A DNA stretch of 64,000 nucleotides from an uncultured Pelagibacteraceae bacterium (GCA_902578325.1 CACHCM010000001.1:19439-83438), one strand, 5' to 3'; shown: positions 28,839-38,274, numbered from the stretch's first letter. Notes: generated from the letters alone by a model not told the origin. A program made the numbers and translations.

Positions 28839-28853
28839 GAACATTTATAGAAC
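28839..28853. promoter_or_regulatory. Alphaproteobacterial LexA (SOS) box
   Basis: GAAC-ATTTATA-GAAC, a perfect GAAC-N7-GAAC. Confidence 0.65.
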
Positions 28854-28928
28854 GCGACAATATGATAATCAATAAAAAAATTAAATTTTTTCCAAGAAAT
28901 TAACATAAAAAGGGTAAGTAAATACCTA

Positions 28929-30383
28929 ATGAATCAAAACATAAAAATAGACCCCTATGGATTTAGAGAATATGACGCTCGTTGGTTGTACGACAAAGAC
29001 ATAAATTCAGCTGGAATTGAGAATCTTGGTAAAGGACTAGGAACACAAATAAAAATTCATACTAAAAAAGAAAATCCAAGAATTATAGTTGGACATGATT
29101 ATCGATCTTATAGCGAGGGAATAAAAGCTGCTCTTAAACAAGGATTAATATCTACTGGATGTAATATTGAAGATGTGGGTCTATCCTTATCTCCAATGGT
29201 TTATTTTGCACAAATTAATTTAGATGCAGATGCGGTTGCTATGGTTACAGCAAGTCATAATGAAAATGGTTGGACTGGTGTAAAAATGGGTATCAAAAAA
29301 GGGTTAACTCATGCACCAGAAGAAATGAAAGAATTAAAAGAAATTACATTAAATCAAAATTTTTCTAAGGGAGAAGGAAATGAAAAACAAATAAATAATT
29401 TTGATAAAATCTATAAAGATGACTTAATTAATAAAAATAAAATAGAGAAAAAAATTAAAGCTGTAGTTGCTTGTGGTAATGGAACTGCAGGAGTTTTTGC
29501 TCCTGATATATTAAGAGGTATTGGCTGCGAAGTTATTGAGCTGGATTGTAACCTAGATTGGAATTTTCCAAAGTATAATCCAAATCCAGAAAATTTAGAA
29601 ATGCTCCATGAGATAGCAAAAGTAGTTAAAGAAAACAAAGCTGATATAGGTTTTGGATTTGATGGTGATGGAGATAGAGTTGGTGTTATTGATGACAAAG
29701 GTAATGAAATATTTTCAGACAAAATAGGTCTCCTAATAGCTAGAAATTTATCAGGAAAACATAAAAATTCAAAATTTGTAGTAGATGTAAAATCAACAGG
29801 TTTATACTCAAAAGATAAAATCTTATTAGAAAACAATTGTGAAACAATTTATTGGAAAACAGGTCATTCTCATATTAAAAGAAAGGTGAACACTGAAAAA
29901 GCATTAGCAGGTTTTGAAAAAAGTGGTCATTTCTTTTTTAATCGACCTTTAGGATATGGTTATGATGATGGAATTAACTCAGCAATTCAAGTTTGTCACT
30001 TATTAGATAATCAAAATAAAAAAATTAGTGAAATTATTAGTGAATTACCTAACACATTTCAAACTCCAACAATGGCACCTTTTTGCAAAGATGAAGAGAA
30101 ATATATTGTTGTTGAAGAGCTAGTTAAACAAATTAAAAAATTAAAAGAAAATAAAACAGAAATAGATGGCCAAATTATTAATGATATTTTAACTGTTAAT
30201 GGAGTTAGATTTTCATTTGATGATGGTTCTTGGGGACTTATAAGAGCATCTTCAAACAAACCATCTTTAGTTATTGTTACTGAAAGCCCAACATCAGATG
30301 AAAGAAAGAAAAAAATTTTTGATTTTATTGACGATTTGTTACAAAAAACAGGTAAGGTCGGTGAATATGATCAGAAAATTTAA
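28929..30383 (+). CDS. Phosphomannomutase/phosphoglucomutase
   Basis: FREYDAR, TASHN, FDGDGDR, GFEKSGH, RASSN. Confidence 0.93.
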   Translation: MNQNIKIDPYGFREYDARWLYDKDINSAGIENLGKGLGTQIKIHTKKENPRIIVGHDYRSYSEGIKAALKQGLISTGCNIEDVGLSLSPMVYFAQINLDADAVAMVTASHNENGWTGVKMGIKKGLTHAPEEMKELKEITLNQNFSKGEGNEKQINNFDKIYKDDLINKNKIEKKIKAVVACGNGTAGVFAPDILRGIGCEVIELDCNLDWNFPKYNPNPENLEMLHEIAKVVKENKADIGFGFDGDGDRVGVIDDKGNEIFSDKIGLLIARNLSGKHKNSKFVVDVKSTGLYSKDKILLENNCETIYWKTGHSHIKRKVNTEKALAGFEKSGHFFFNRPLGYGYDDGINSAIQVCHLLDNQNKKISEIISELPNTFQTPTMAPFCKDEEKYIVVEELVKQIKKLKENKTEIDGQIINDILTVNGVRFSFDDGSWGLIRASSNKPSLVIVTESPTSDERKKKIFDFIDDLLQKTGKVGEYDQKI

Positions 30384-30387
30384 TTCT

Positions 30388-31482
30388 TTAAATTATCTTA
30401 TCGTTTTTATTTGCTAAATTTTCGTTATCAGTTTTAGTTTCTAAATTATTGCCATCCTGATTATTTTCTTGTTCAGGAGTTTCATCGCTATAAAACTTTC
30501 TAACCAGTTCCTCCTCTTTAAGTCGTTGTTCTTCATCAAATTTTTTCTCCCATTCTTTCATTCGCCTATTTTCCTCATCTTCTCTCTCTTTTTGAGTAAT
30601 TTCAGCCAATCTAATTCTCTCGTTTTCCTCATCAATTCTTTTTTGTCTTTCCTCTTCTATTTTCAATTCTCTTTCTCTTTGACGTCTTTCATTTTCTTTA
30701 TTTATTCTCTCACGTTCAGCTTCTTTAAGTTCTTTTTCTTTATTTCTTAATTCCTTTTCTTTGGCTTTTTGCTCAGCTTCCTCCTTTAAAATTTGTCTTT
30801 GAATTTCTTGTTGTCTTTCAGTTTCTAGATCTCTTAATCTTTCTTCCATTTCTTTAAGTTTTTCTTGCTCATATTTCAGCTTCCTAGCTGCCTCTCTTAA
30901 TCTTTGTTCTTCCTCAAGTCTATTTTTTCTTTCAATTTCTTTTAATCTTATTTTTTCTTGTCTTTCTTTTTCTTTTTCATCCCTTCTCTTTTGAGCTTCA
31001 ATTTCTTTATTTTTTAGCTCTTCTTCTTTAATTTTAATATTTTCCTCTCTAATTCTTTGCCTCTCTAACATTTTTAGTCTTAAATCTTCTTGTTTAAGGT
31101 TTCTGGCTTCCTCTCTAAGTTTTCTAGTTTCTTCGTCCTTAATTTTTTTCTGTTCTATTTTAATTCTTTGAGCTTCTATTTTTTGTCTTTTTTCTTCATT
31201 CTTTTTTTCCTGCTTTTCATTTTCAATGATTAATTTTTTTTGAAAAAGAAGTTTCTTCCTTTCTTCCTTCTGTTCATCTTGCTTAGCTTTTTTTGCTAAT
31301 TTTTTTTCTAAAATTAATTCTTTTTTCTTTTCTTTTTCTAATTGTTTTTGTAATGCTAAATCTTTTTTAACTTTGTTTTTTTTTAAATTATTTAAAAAAT
31401 TGGAAAACTTATTTTTTGATTTATCAATTGGATCAAAAAAATTTTTTTTAATATTTTTATTAATGTCTTTTATTGAAACCAT
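30388..31482 (-). CDS. E/K/R/Q-rich long helical protein of unknown function
   Basis: 364-aa ORF with ~317 consecutive residues lacking Pro and Gly. Confidence 0.75.
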   Translation of the reverse strand: MVSIKDINKNIKKNFFDPIDKSKNKFSNFLNNLKKNKVKKDLALQKQLEKEKKKELILEKKLAKKAKQDEQKEERKKLLFQKKLIIENEKQEKKNEEKRQKIEAQRIKIEQKKIKDEETRKLREEARNLKQEDLRLKMLERQRIREENIKIKEEELKNKEIEAQKRRDEKEKERQEKIRLKEIERKNRLEEEQRLREAARKLKYEQEKLKEMEERLRDLETERQQEIQRQILKEEAEQKAKEKELRNKEKELKEAERERINKENERRQRERELKIEEERQKRIDEENERIRLAEITQKEREDEENRRMKEWEKKFDEEQRLKEEELVRKFYSDETPEQENNQDGNNLETKTDNENLANKNDKII

Positions 31483-31568
31483 TTTTAAAAGTATCAATTA
31501 GAATAATAACACTAAATATTTTGTATGGCTAAATTGAGTTTTTTTTTAAAACAAAATACAACTTAAGA

Positions 31569-31597
31569 TTGTTTGGTTTTAAATTATTTGATAAAGT
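31569..31597 (+). promoter_or_regulatory. Putative sigma70 promoter of the candidate sRNA
   Basis: TTGTTT-17 nt-TAAAGT, with extended -10 TG. Confidence 0.5.
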
Positions 31598-31603
31598 GCA
31601 TTT

Positions 31604-31694
31604 TCAACTAAGAAGTGTTCACAAATATTTAGAGAATCACTTAATCTAGATTTGTGAGGTGATGGAGGGAGACTGAAGTCACCTCTTTTTTTTT
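31604..31694 (+). ncRNA. Candidate structured small RNA
   Basis: TCACAAAT/ATTTGTGA hairpin, GAGGTGAT/GTCACCTC hairpin plus T9; no + strand ORF upstream. Confidence 0.55.
31656..31694 (+). terminator. Rho-independent terminator-like hairpin
   Basis: GAGGTGA...TCACCTC followed by 9 T. Confidence 0.7.
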
Positions 31695-31699
31695 GCTTG

Positions 31700-32485
31700 T
31701 TATAATTTTAAGTATTCGTAAAAAAATTTAGTTGAAACTACTAAAAGAAAAATTCCAAAAAACTTACTAATTTTATTCTTGTCGATACTGTGAACTGTTT
31801 TAGCTCCTATTCTAGCCATAAAAGTTGTAATTGGTATAAATATTAAAAAGGCTGGTATATTTATAAAACCAATACTTAGCGGAAGACTTGAATTCAAATA
31901 ATTTCCTGAAATTAAAAAACCTATTGCTCCAAATAGAGCAATTAAAAAACCTATTGCTGCTGCACTTCCAATGGCTTTATTTATTGAATAACCAAAAAAC
32001 TTAAGAATAGGGACATTCATCACAGCTCCTCCTATACCCATGGGAGCAGATATAAATCCAACAAGAAAACCAAGAATCACTTTAAGATGTAATTTCATTT
32101 TAACAATTATGTTTTGTTCTTTTTCTTTTATTAAAAGTAAGTAAATTCCCAAAAATAAGATCATTATAGAAAAAAATAAAACTAAGGATTTAGTTTTTAA
32201 TGAAGCTGCAAAAACTGTACCAACAATAACTCCCAGTACAACAAAGAGACCGTAATTCTTAACTATATCAAAATCAACCGCTTTAAATTTATGATGTGTT
32301 AAAACTGAAACAGTAGATGTTGGTATTATAATTGCAAAAGAAGTTCCGACGGCAAGGTGCATAATATATTGAGGATCAATTTCCAAAGAACCAAAAATAA
32401 AATATAAAAAAGGAACAGTTATCAACCCTCCACCAATACCAAATAATCCAGCCACAAAACCAACTGGTATCGCTGTTAAAGCCAT
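31700..32485 (-). CDS. TauE/SafE (TSUP) family membrane exporter
   Basis: AGLFGIGGG and MGIGG repeats, AVGTS, multiple TM helices; true start may lie slightly upstream. Confidence 0.9.
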   Translation of the reverse strand: MALTAIPVGFVAGLFGIGGGLITVPFLYFIFGSLEIDPQYIMHLAVGTSFAIIIPTSTVSVLTHHKFKAVDFDIVKNYGLFVVLGVIVGTVFAASLKTKSLVLFFSIMILFLGIYLLLIKEKEQNIIVKMKLHLKVILGFLVGFISAPMGIGGAVMNVPILKFFGYSINKAIGSAAAIGFLIALFGAIGFLISGNYLNSSLPLSIGFINIPAFLIFIPITTFMARIGAKTVHSIDKNKISKFFGIFLLVVSTKFFYEYLKL

Positions 32486-32525
32486 TAATAAAATAATATA
32501 ACTGTAATCGTTTGTTAAAATTGAA

Positions 32526-33518
32526 TTAAGCAGACTGCCCTACTCTACTATCTACATTGTTGTATTTAATTTTATCCATGATGTGATCAATTTTTTTCAC
32601 ATCAGCATCCCTCACACACATGTTTTCACTTAAATATCTTTTCCAATAACTTGCGCCTGTTTGACCATGAAATAAACCAAGAGTGTGTCTCATGATTTGA
32701 TTTAACCTTGTTCCTTTTTTCAATTCCTCTTTCACATAAGGAATAAGTTGTTCAATTACATCTTGTCTGCTTGGAACATCATCGTTATTAAATATTTCTC
32801 TTTCAATATCAGCTAATAAATAAGGCGTATGATACGCAGCTCTTCCTATCATTACACCGTCTGTTTTTTCTAAATGAGGTTTTATTTCATCTATTAAAGT
32901 TATTCCTCCATTTATAATTATCTCTTCATTAGGAAAGTCTTTTTTTAATTTATAAACATATTCGTATTTTAGAGGAGGAATATTTAAATTTTGTTTAGGT
33001 GTAAATTTACCTAACATTGCTTTTCTTGCATGAATAATGAAAGTTTTTACTCCAGTTGCTTTTAGATTAGAAATAAAACTCTTTAAATTTTCATAATCTT
33101 CCACATCATCGTAACCAATTCTTGTTTTTATGGTTACCGGTAGTTTTGTAACTGATTGCATTTTACTTAAACAATCTGCCACTAAATTTGGTTCTTTCAT
33201 TAAACAAGCACCAAATCTATTTTTTTCTACTTTTTTACTTGGACAACCTAAGTTTAGATTAATCTCATCATAGCCAAAATCTTCACCTACTTTAGTGGCT
33301 TCAGATAAAAGTTTTGGAGAAGAGCCTCCTAATTGAAGTGCTACAGGTTTCTCATTAATATTAAAATCTAATAACTTTTTTTTATCTCCTCTATTTATAG
33401 CTTCATCTACTACCATCTCAGTATAAAGAAGAGTATTTTTGGATATTAGTCTTAGAAAAAATCGTTCATGACGATCTGTGCAATCCATCATAGGAGCAAC
33501 TGATACTTTCCTATTCAT
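32526..33518 (-). CDS. dusA: tRNA dihydrouridine synthase A
   Basis: VAPMMD, QLGG, NLNLGCPS, HARKA, NLNIPPL, VMIGR. Confidence 0.93.
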   Translation of the reverse strand: MNRKVSVAPMMDCTDRHERFFLRLISKNTLLYTEMVVDEAINRGDKKKLLDFNINEKPVALQLGGSSPKLLSEATKVGEDFGYDEINLNLGCPSKKVEKNRFGACLMKEPNLVADCLSKMQSVTKLPVTIKTRIGYDDVEDYENLKSFISNLKATGVKTFIIHARKAMLGKFTPKQNLNIPPLKYEYVYKLKKDFPNEEIIINGGITLIDEIKPHLEKTDGVMIGRAAYHTPYLLADIEREIFNNDDVPSRQDVIEQLIPYVKEELKKGTRLNQIMRHTLGLFHGQTGASYWKRYLSENMCVRDADVKKIDHIMDKIKYNNVDSRVGQSA

Positions 33519-33540
33519 GTTATAAATTTATATTATTTTA

Positions 33541-34077
33541 TTAAGAGTTTGAAGTTTCAGTGTCATCTGAAAATACGTCTGCTTCTTGATTTTCTGATTC
33601 TGATACTTCATCTAAAGAAACTTCTCCTTGCTCATTCATCGTTTCTTCTCCTACTGAATTATCAACTTCTGCTTTAGCTGTTTCAGATAGCTCAGCCAAA
33701 TCTTCTTTTGTTACTTGAATTTTTTCTGGAGTTTTTCTTGCTCTTTTAGATGGTAAAATTGGAGTACCACTTTTTGAAATTTCACCTTTGTAAAGATTTT
33801 CAAAATCATCACCTATTTCTTCATCATCCTCAGCAGTATCGTCAACTTGTTCGACATGTTTTCTAAGTTTGTAAACTGCGCTATCAGTTAAATCTGAAAC
33901 TTTAATTTTTTCTTCGGCAATTTCTCTTAATGAAATAACTGTGTTTTTATCATTATCTCTATCAATTGTTGGTTCTATTCCTGCATTAAGTTGAGTAGCT
34001 CTCTCTTTAGCAACAAGTACTAGTTCGTAAGGACTCTCTACTTTGTCTATGCAGTCTTCTACAGTAACTCTAGCCAT
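33541..34077 (-). CDS. rpoZ: RNA polymerase omega subunit with long acidic tail
   Basis: MARVTVEDC, DNDKNTVISLREIA. Confidence 0.95.
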   Translation of the reverse strand: MARVTVEDCIDKVESPYELVLVAKERATQLNAGIEPTIDRDNDKNTVISLREIAEEKIKVSDLTDSAVYKLRKHVEQVDDTAEDDEEIGDDFENLYKGEISKSGTPILPSKRARKTPEKIQVTKEDLAELSETAKAEVDNSVGEETMNEQGEVSLDEVSESENQEADVFSDDTETSNS

Positions 34078-34083
34078 GTGGAG

Positions 34084-34112
34084 TATCTACACAGTGAGTC
34101 TTTAAAAATCAA
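34084..34112 (-). promoter_or_regulatory. Putative rpoZ promoter (leaderless geometry)
   Basis: TTGATT-17 nt-TAGATA-6 nt-ATG. Confidence 0.45.
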
Positions 34113-34121
34113 GGCCTATTT

Positions 34122-35327
34122 TTATAAATAATGAGGATTTAACTTATTTTTAACTAAATAAAGAAGAATAATTGATCCAAAGATATAAGTTCCTGAAACA
34201 ACGGCTATGTCTTCAATTGAAAAACCAACATCAATCAGAAAGCCAAATAGAGCCGTACCAAATGCTGTTGAAAACACCATCAATGCAGTTGTTAAGGCTT
34301 TTATGGACCCAATATATTTAACACCATAAATCTCAGCCCAAGTTGAGGAACCAAGCACGTTTGCTAAACCATTGGTTACCCCCACTAAACCAAAAAATAC
34401 AAAAGAAGACAGCGATGCATCAAAATAGTAGAGAACTATAGTACCAAAAAGAAGTGGGATATTCATATAGATTAATAGTTTTCTACTTGAAAATTTATCA
34501 ATTAAAAAACCAGATATAAATAGAGTGATCACGGATAAAATTGAGTAAGCCATAAATGATTGAGCAATCACATAGGGACCCCATTCTTTAGATGAAGATA
34601 TAAAAGACTGATAAACAAAAGATCCAGTTGCAATCCATGGCATAGCAAGCATTGTCATACAGATAATGTAAAATCTATAATCTTTTAAAACTTCAATTCT
34701 TTTCCATTGTTTGATTTCTTTATCGTTTTCTTCTATTTTAGATTCTTCTCTGGTATCAAGCTCAACGTCTTTAACTAAAAAAAAAGTTGCAACAGGTAAA
34801 ACAAATATAACTAAAATAGATATTGAGACCCAAATATCTCTCCATTCTATAAAAGTTAATAAAAAAACAATTAAAACCGGCATTATAAATTCAGCCAATG
34901 ACAATCCTAACCAACTTGTACTTAAAGCTCTTCCTCTATTTTTTTCAAAAAAACGAGATATGGTTGTTGTTGCTGTGTGACTCGATAAACCTTGTCCAGC
35001 TAATCGCATTAAAAAAATTCCTACAAATAAAAAAATAACAGATGAAACTTTTGAAAATATAAAGCAAGAAGCAGAAAGAAAAATAATTACATAAGAAGCA
35101 AACTTTAATATGTTTATGTCATCAATTTTTTTTCCAATCCAAACTAAAACAATACTACTTAGTAAAGTGGCTGATGCATAAATTGAGCCAAATTGTCCAT
35201 GTGTAATTGATAAGGCGTCTCTTATACTAGAATTAAATAGGCCAAGAAAAAAACTCTGTCCAAAACTTGAAAAAAATGTAAAGATAAATCCAAATACAAT
35301 TATTTTTAAACTTAAACTTTTAAACAT
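34122..35327 (-). CDS. MFS transporter
   Basis: ~12 TM helices, GKKIDD and GFLIDKFSSR loop motifs. Confidence 0.9.
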   Translation of the reverse strand: MFKSLSLKIIVFGFIFTFFSSFGQSFFLGLFNSSIRDALSITHGQFGSIYASATLLSSIVLVWIGKKIDDINILKFASYVIIFLSASCFIFSKVSSVIFLFVGIFLMRLAGQGLSSHTATTTISRFFEKNRGRALSTSWLGLSLAEFIMPVLIVFLLTFIEWRDIWVSISILVIFVLPVATFFLVKDVELDTREESKIEENDKEIKQWKRIEVLKDYRFYIICMTMLAMPWIATGSFVYQSFISSSKEWGPYVIAQSFMAYSILSVITLFISGFLIDKFSSRKLLIYMNIPLLFGTIVLYYFDASLSSFVFFGLVGVTNGLANVLGSSTWAEIYGVKYIGSIKALTTALMVFSTAFGTALFGFLIDVGFSIEDIAVVSGTYIFGSIILLYLVKNKLNPHYL

Positions 35328-35338
35328 AGAAATAAATT

Positions 35339-36214
35339 ATGACTTGTAATGTTGCTTTCATAGGTCTTGGGGTTATGGGCTACCCAATGGCTGGATATAT
35401 ATCAAAAGCTGGACACAATGTAACTGTTTTTAATAGAACTAAATCTAAAGCTGAAAAATGGATTGGTGAATATAACGGTAAAATGGCTAATACACCTGCG
35501 GAAGCTACAGATGGTGCTGATTTTATTTTTACATGTGTTGGTAATGATGATGATTTAAGAGAAGTAGCGACTGGAGAAAATGGATTATTTAAAACAGCAA
35601 AAGCTGGGTCTATTTTTATTGATAACTCAACTGTATCTGCAGAAGTATCAAGAGAATTAAATAAAAAAGCAAATGATAAAGGTTTTAGTTTTTTAGATGC
35701 CCCTATTTCTGGTGGACAAGCTGGCGCTGAAGGCGGAATACTAACAGTAATGGTTGGCGGTGATGAAGAAGTGTTTAAAAAGGCTGAACCTGTAATTGAT
35801 TGTTACAGTAAAAAAGTTAAATTAATTGGTCCTTGTGGAAGCGGTCAGTTAACAAAGATGATGAACCAAATGTGTATTGCTGGAACAGTCCAAGGTTTAT
35901 CTGAAGCAATTAATTTTGGAATTAACGCTGGTTTAGATATGGATAAAGTTATGGAAACAATATCTAAAGGTGCAGCACAATCTTGGCAAATGGAAAATAG
36001 ATACCGAACTATGACTGATGATAAGTTTGATTATGGTTTTGCTATTGATTGGATGAGAAAAGATTTAAAAATTGCAATCGAAGAAGCAAAAAAAAATGGT
36101 TCACCTGTTCCTATAACAGAAATTATTGATGGTTATTATGCTGAGGTTCAAGAAATGGGTGGAAATCGTTGGGATAGCTCAGGTTTAATTGCTAGATTAA
36201 AAAAGAAAAAATAA
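35339..36214 (+). CDS. Beta-hydroxyacid dehydrogenase (3-hydroxyisobutyrate dehydrogenase/GarR family)
   Basis: FIGLGVMG, DAPISGG, catalytic K in QLTKMMNQ, KDL. Confidence 0.9.
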   Translation: MTCNVAFIGLGVMGYPMAGYISKAGHNVTVFNRTKSKAEKWIGEYNGKMANTPAEATDGADFIFTCVGNDDDLREVATGENGLFKTAKAGSIFIDNSTVSAEVSRELNKKANDKGFSFLDAPISGGQAGAEGGILTVMVGGDEEVFKKAEPVIDCYSKKVKLIGPCGSGQLTKMMNQMCIAGTVQGLSEAINFGINAGLDMDKVMETISKGAAQSWQMENRYRTMTDDKFDYGFAIDWMRKDLKIAIEEAKKNGSPVPITEIIDGYYAEVQEMGGNRWDSSGLIARLKKKK

Positions 36215-36219
36215 TACGT

Positions 36220-36825
36220 GTGACGGATACAGTTCCTTATTACGAGGACTTTACAGAGATCAAAAAGAAAATTTGGTCAATGCTAGATAATGCTGTGAAA
36301 GATAGAACTTCTCCTTTTAGAATACCGGTTTTCATTTGTGGTGATCAATCAGACTTTGATGGAAGAATTGTTGTTCTAAGAAAATCTGATCAATCAAATA
36401 ATCTTGTTCAATATCATAGCGATATTAGATCAGATAAAATTGAAAAATTAAAAGCAAATAAAAATGCAGCAATGTTATTTTATGATAAAGATGAAAAAAT
36501 ACAGGTTAGATTGAAAGTTGAATGCAATATTAATCACAATAATGATGTAACAAAAGAATCTTGGTCCAAAACTCAACATATTAGTAGAAAATGCTATTTA
36601 GTTGATAATGGTCCAGGTACCGAGTCGGATCTACCAACATCTGGACTAAAACCAGAGTTAGACAATTTTGATTACACAAAAGAACAAAGTGAAGAAGGCT
36701 ATAAATACTTTACAGTTATACAGTGTAAAGTTAAATCAATAGAATGGCTATATTTAGCAGCCAAAGGTCATAGGAGAGCAAAATTTAATCTTCAAAATAA
36801 TAAAGATACTTGGTTAGTTCCATAG
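36220..36825 (+). CDS. Pyridoxamine 5'-phosphate oxidase-like FMN-binding protein
   Basis: RIVVLR, HSDIRSDK, QVR, HRRA, WLVP; GTG start. Confidence 0.82.
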   Translation: MTDTVPYYEDFTEIKKKIWSMLDNAVKDRTSPFRIPVFICGDQSDFDGRIVVLRKSDQSNNLVQYHSDIRSDKIEKLKANKNAAMLFYDKDEKIQVRLKVECNINHNNDVTKESWSKTQHISRKCYLVDNGPGTESDLPTSGLKPELDNFDYTKEQSEEGYKYFTVIQCKVKSIEWLYLAAKGHRRAKFNLQNNKDTWLVP

Positions 36826-37029
36826 ATGGTTACCGGATATATATTTACAGCATTTCTTATATTTTTAGGATTGGCTGTAATGAGATTTGGGAGTATTTAT
36901 TTTAAAAAATTTAAAGAGGATAAAACCAAAATTAAATCAAAGTTAAATGGGCAATTATCATTTTTAATTTTATTTATAATAATAATTGGATTAATTATTT
37001 ATTCAGTTAATGGTCTATTTTTTTATTAA
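36826..37029 (+). CDS. Small two-TM membrane protein
   Basis: 67 aa, two hydrophobic segments around a Lys-rich loop; abuts upstream stop. Confidence 0.6.
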   Translation: MVTGYIFTAFLIFLGLAVMRFGSIYFKKFKEDKTKIKSKLNGQLSFLILFIIIIGLIIYSVNGLFFY

Positions 37030-37051
37030 TTAAATTAACATTATTTTTGAT

Positions 37052-37978
37052 TTAATTTTTAAAAAAATTTATCCAACCTTCGAATTTATGATTAAAATTA
37101 AATACATCTGGATGAATTATTTCAGCAAATATTTCAAGAGACTCGATAATTCTTGGACCAGGTCTATTAAAAAATTGATTTCCATCAACAATAAATATTT
37201 TGTTATTTTTATAGGCCTTTAAATTTTTCCATTTAACCTCTTTATCAAACAATTGTTTAACTTCATTAGTTGTTTTGTTAATATCATATCCACACGGAAG
37301 AAATATTATTATATCTGGATCTTTTTTTTTAATTTCATCAAATTTAATCCAATGAGAATCTTTTCCTTTTTTTCCAAAAATATCTTCGCCACCAGATATT
37401 TTAACCATTTCTGGTATCCAATTTCCTGCAGCCATTAAGGGATCAATCCACTCAATACATGCAACTTTATATCTTTTTTGTCTTGCACCTAAAATTTCAA
37501 TATTTTCTAACTTGTTTTTTAGAGGTTTAATTAAATTTTCAGTATTTACTTTTTCTAAATTAAGGCCTCTTGAAACTCTATAAAAATCATCAAATATTTC
37601 TTTTAAAGTATTAGGCTGAAGAGATATAATTTTTGTTTTTTCATTTAAGTGATTTGTTACTATATCTTCTACTTCTGATAAGCTAACTGCACATACTTCA
37701 CAATGTGCCTGCGTTATAACAACATCAGGTTCTAATTTTTTTAATTCTTCAATATCTACTTTATAAACAGATAAGGAGTTTTCTAAAATTTTATTAATCT
37801 GCTGATGAATTTCACTACTTGAACCTTCAATATTTATTTTAGGAGAGGTTAGCTTAATTATATTTTGTAAATCCTTTGGATAATCACATTCATGTGATCG
37901 ACCAACAATAGAATCTTTCATTCCAAGAAATGCAACGATCTCTGTCGCACTTGGTATTAATGTAACAATTTTTTTCAT
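37052..37978 (-). CDS. BtuF/TroA-like helical-backbone binding protein without signal peptide
   Basis: KIVTLIPSATEI, SHECDYP, PDVVITQ, FNRPGPR. Confidence 0.82.
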   Translation of the reverse strand: MKKIVTLIPSATEIVAFLGMKDSIVGRSHECDYPKDLQNIIKLTSPKINIEGSSSEIHQQINKILENSLSVYKVDIEELKKLEPDVVITQAHCEVCAVSLSEVEDIVTNHLNEKTKIISLQPNTLKEIFDDFYRVSRGLNLEKVNTENLIKPLKNKLENIEILGARQKRYKVACIEWIDPLMAAGNWIPEMVKISGGEDIFGKKGKDSHWIKFDEIKKKDPDIIIFLPCGYDINKTTNEVKQLFDKEVKWKNLKAYKNNKIFIVDGNQFFNRPGPRIIESLEIFAEIIHPDVFNFNHKFEGWINFFKN

Positions 37979-38265
37979 AGGCCTTTAATTATTATATTTG
38001 TGCCTTTAGAATTATCTAGTCTTATCTGCTTTATTGGTTTGTAATCTTCAGAATTATACCACTCTAATGCTTTTTCATAAGAAGGGAATTTAAGAATAAT
38101 AATTCTAGGAAATTTTGTTTCTCCCTCAAAAATTTGAAATTCACCAGCTCTTACCAAAAATTCACCACCAAATTTTTTAACAAGCGGCGTAACTTTTTCA
38201 ACGTATACTTTATAATTTTCAGGATTAGTTACTTTTAATTGAGCTATCACGTATCCTGCTGGCAT
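37975..38265 (-). CDS. DUF1330 family protein
   Basis: GGEFLVRAG, FPS..A..WYNS.DY. Confidence 0.88.
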   Translation of the reverse strand: MPAGYVIAQLKVTNPENYKVYVEKVTPLVKKFGGEFLVRAGEFQIFEGETKFPRIIILKFPSYEKALEWYNSEDYKPIKQIRLDNSKGTNIIIKGL

Positions 38266-38274
38266 TTATCTCCT

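Noticed and set aside
30500-31400. Repetitive TTC/TCT-rich DNA resembling a tandem repeat array
   Set aside because: Explained by E/K/R codon bias of the - strand protein; no fixed repeat unit or spacers, so not CRISPR
31593-31694. SAM-V, glycine or glnA riboswitch identity for the candidate RNA
   Set aside because: Only fragmentary resemblance (GCATTT..AACT; GGAGA..GAAG), and there is no downstream same-strand gene to regulate
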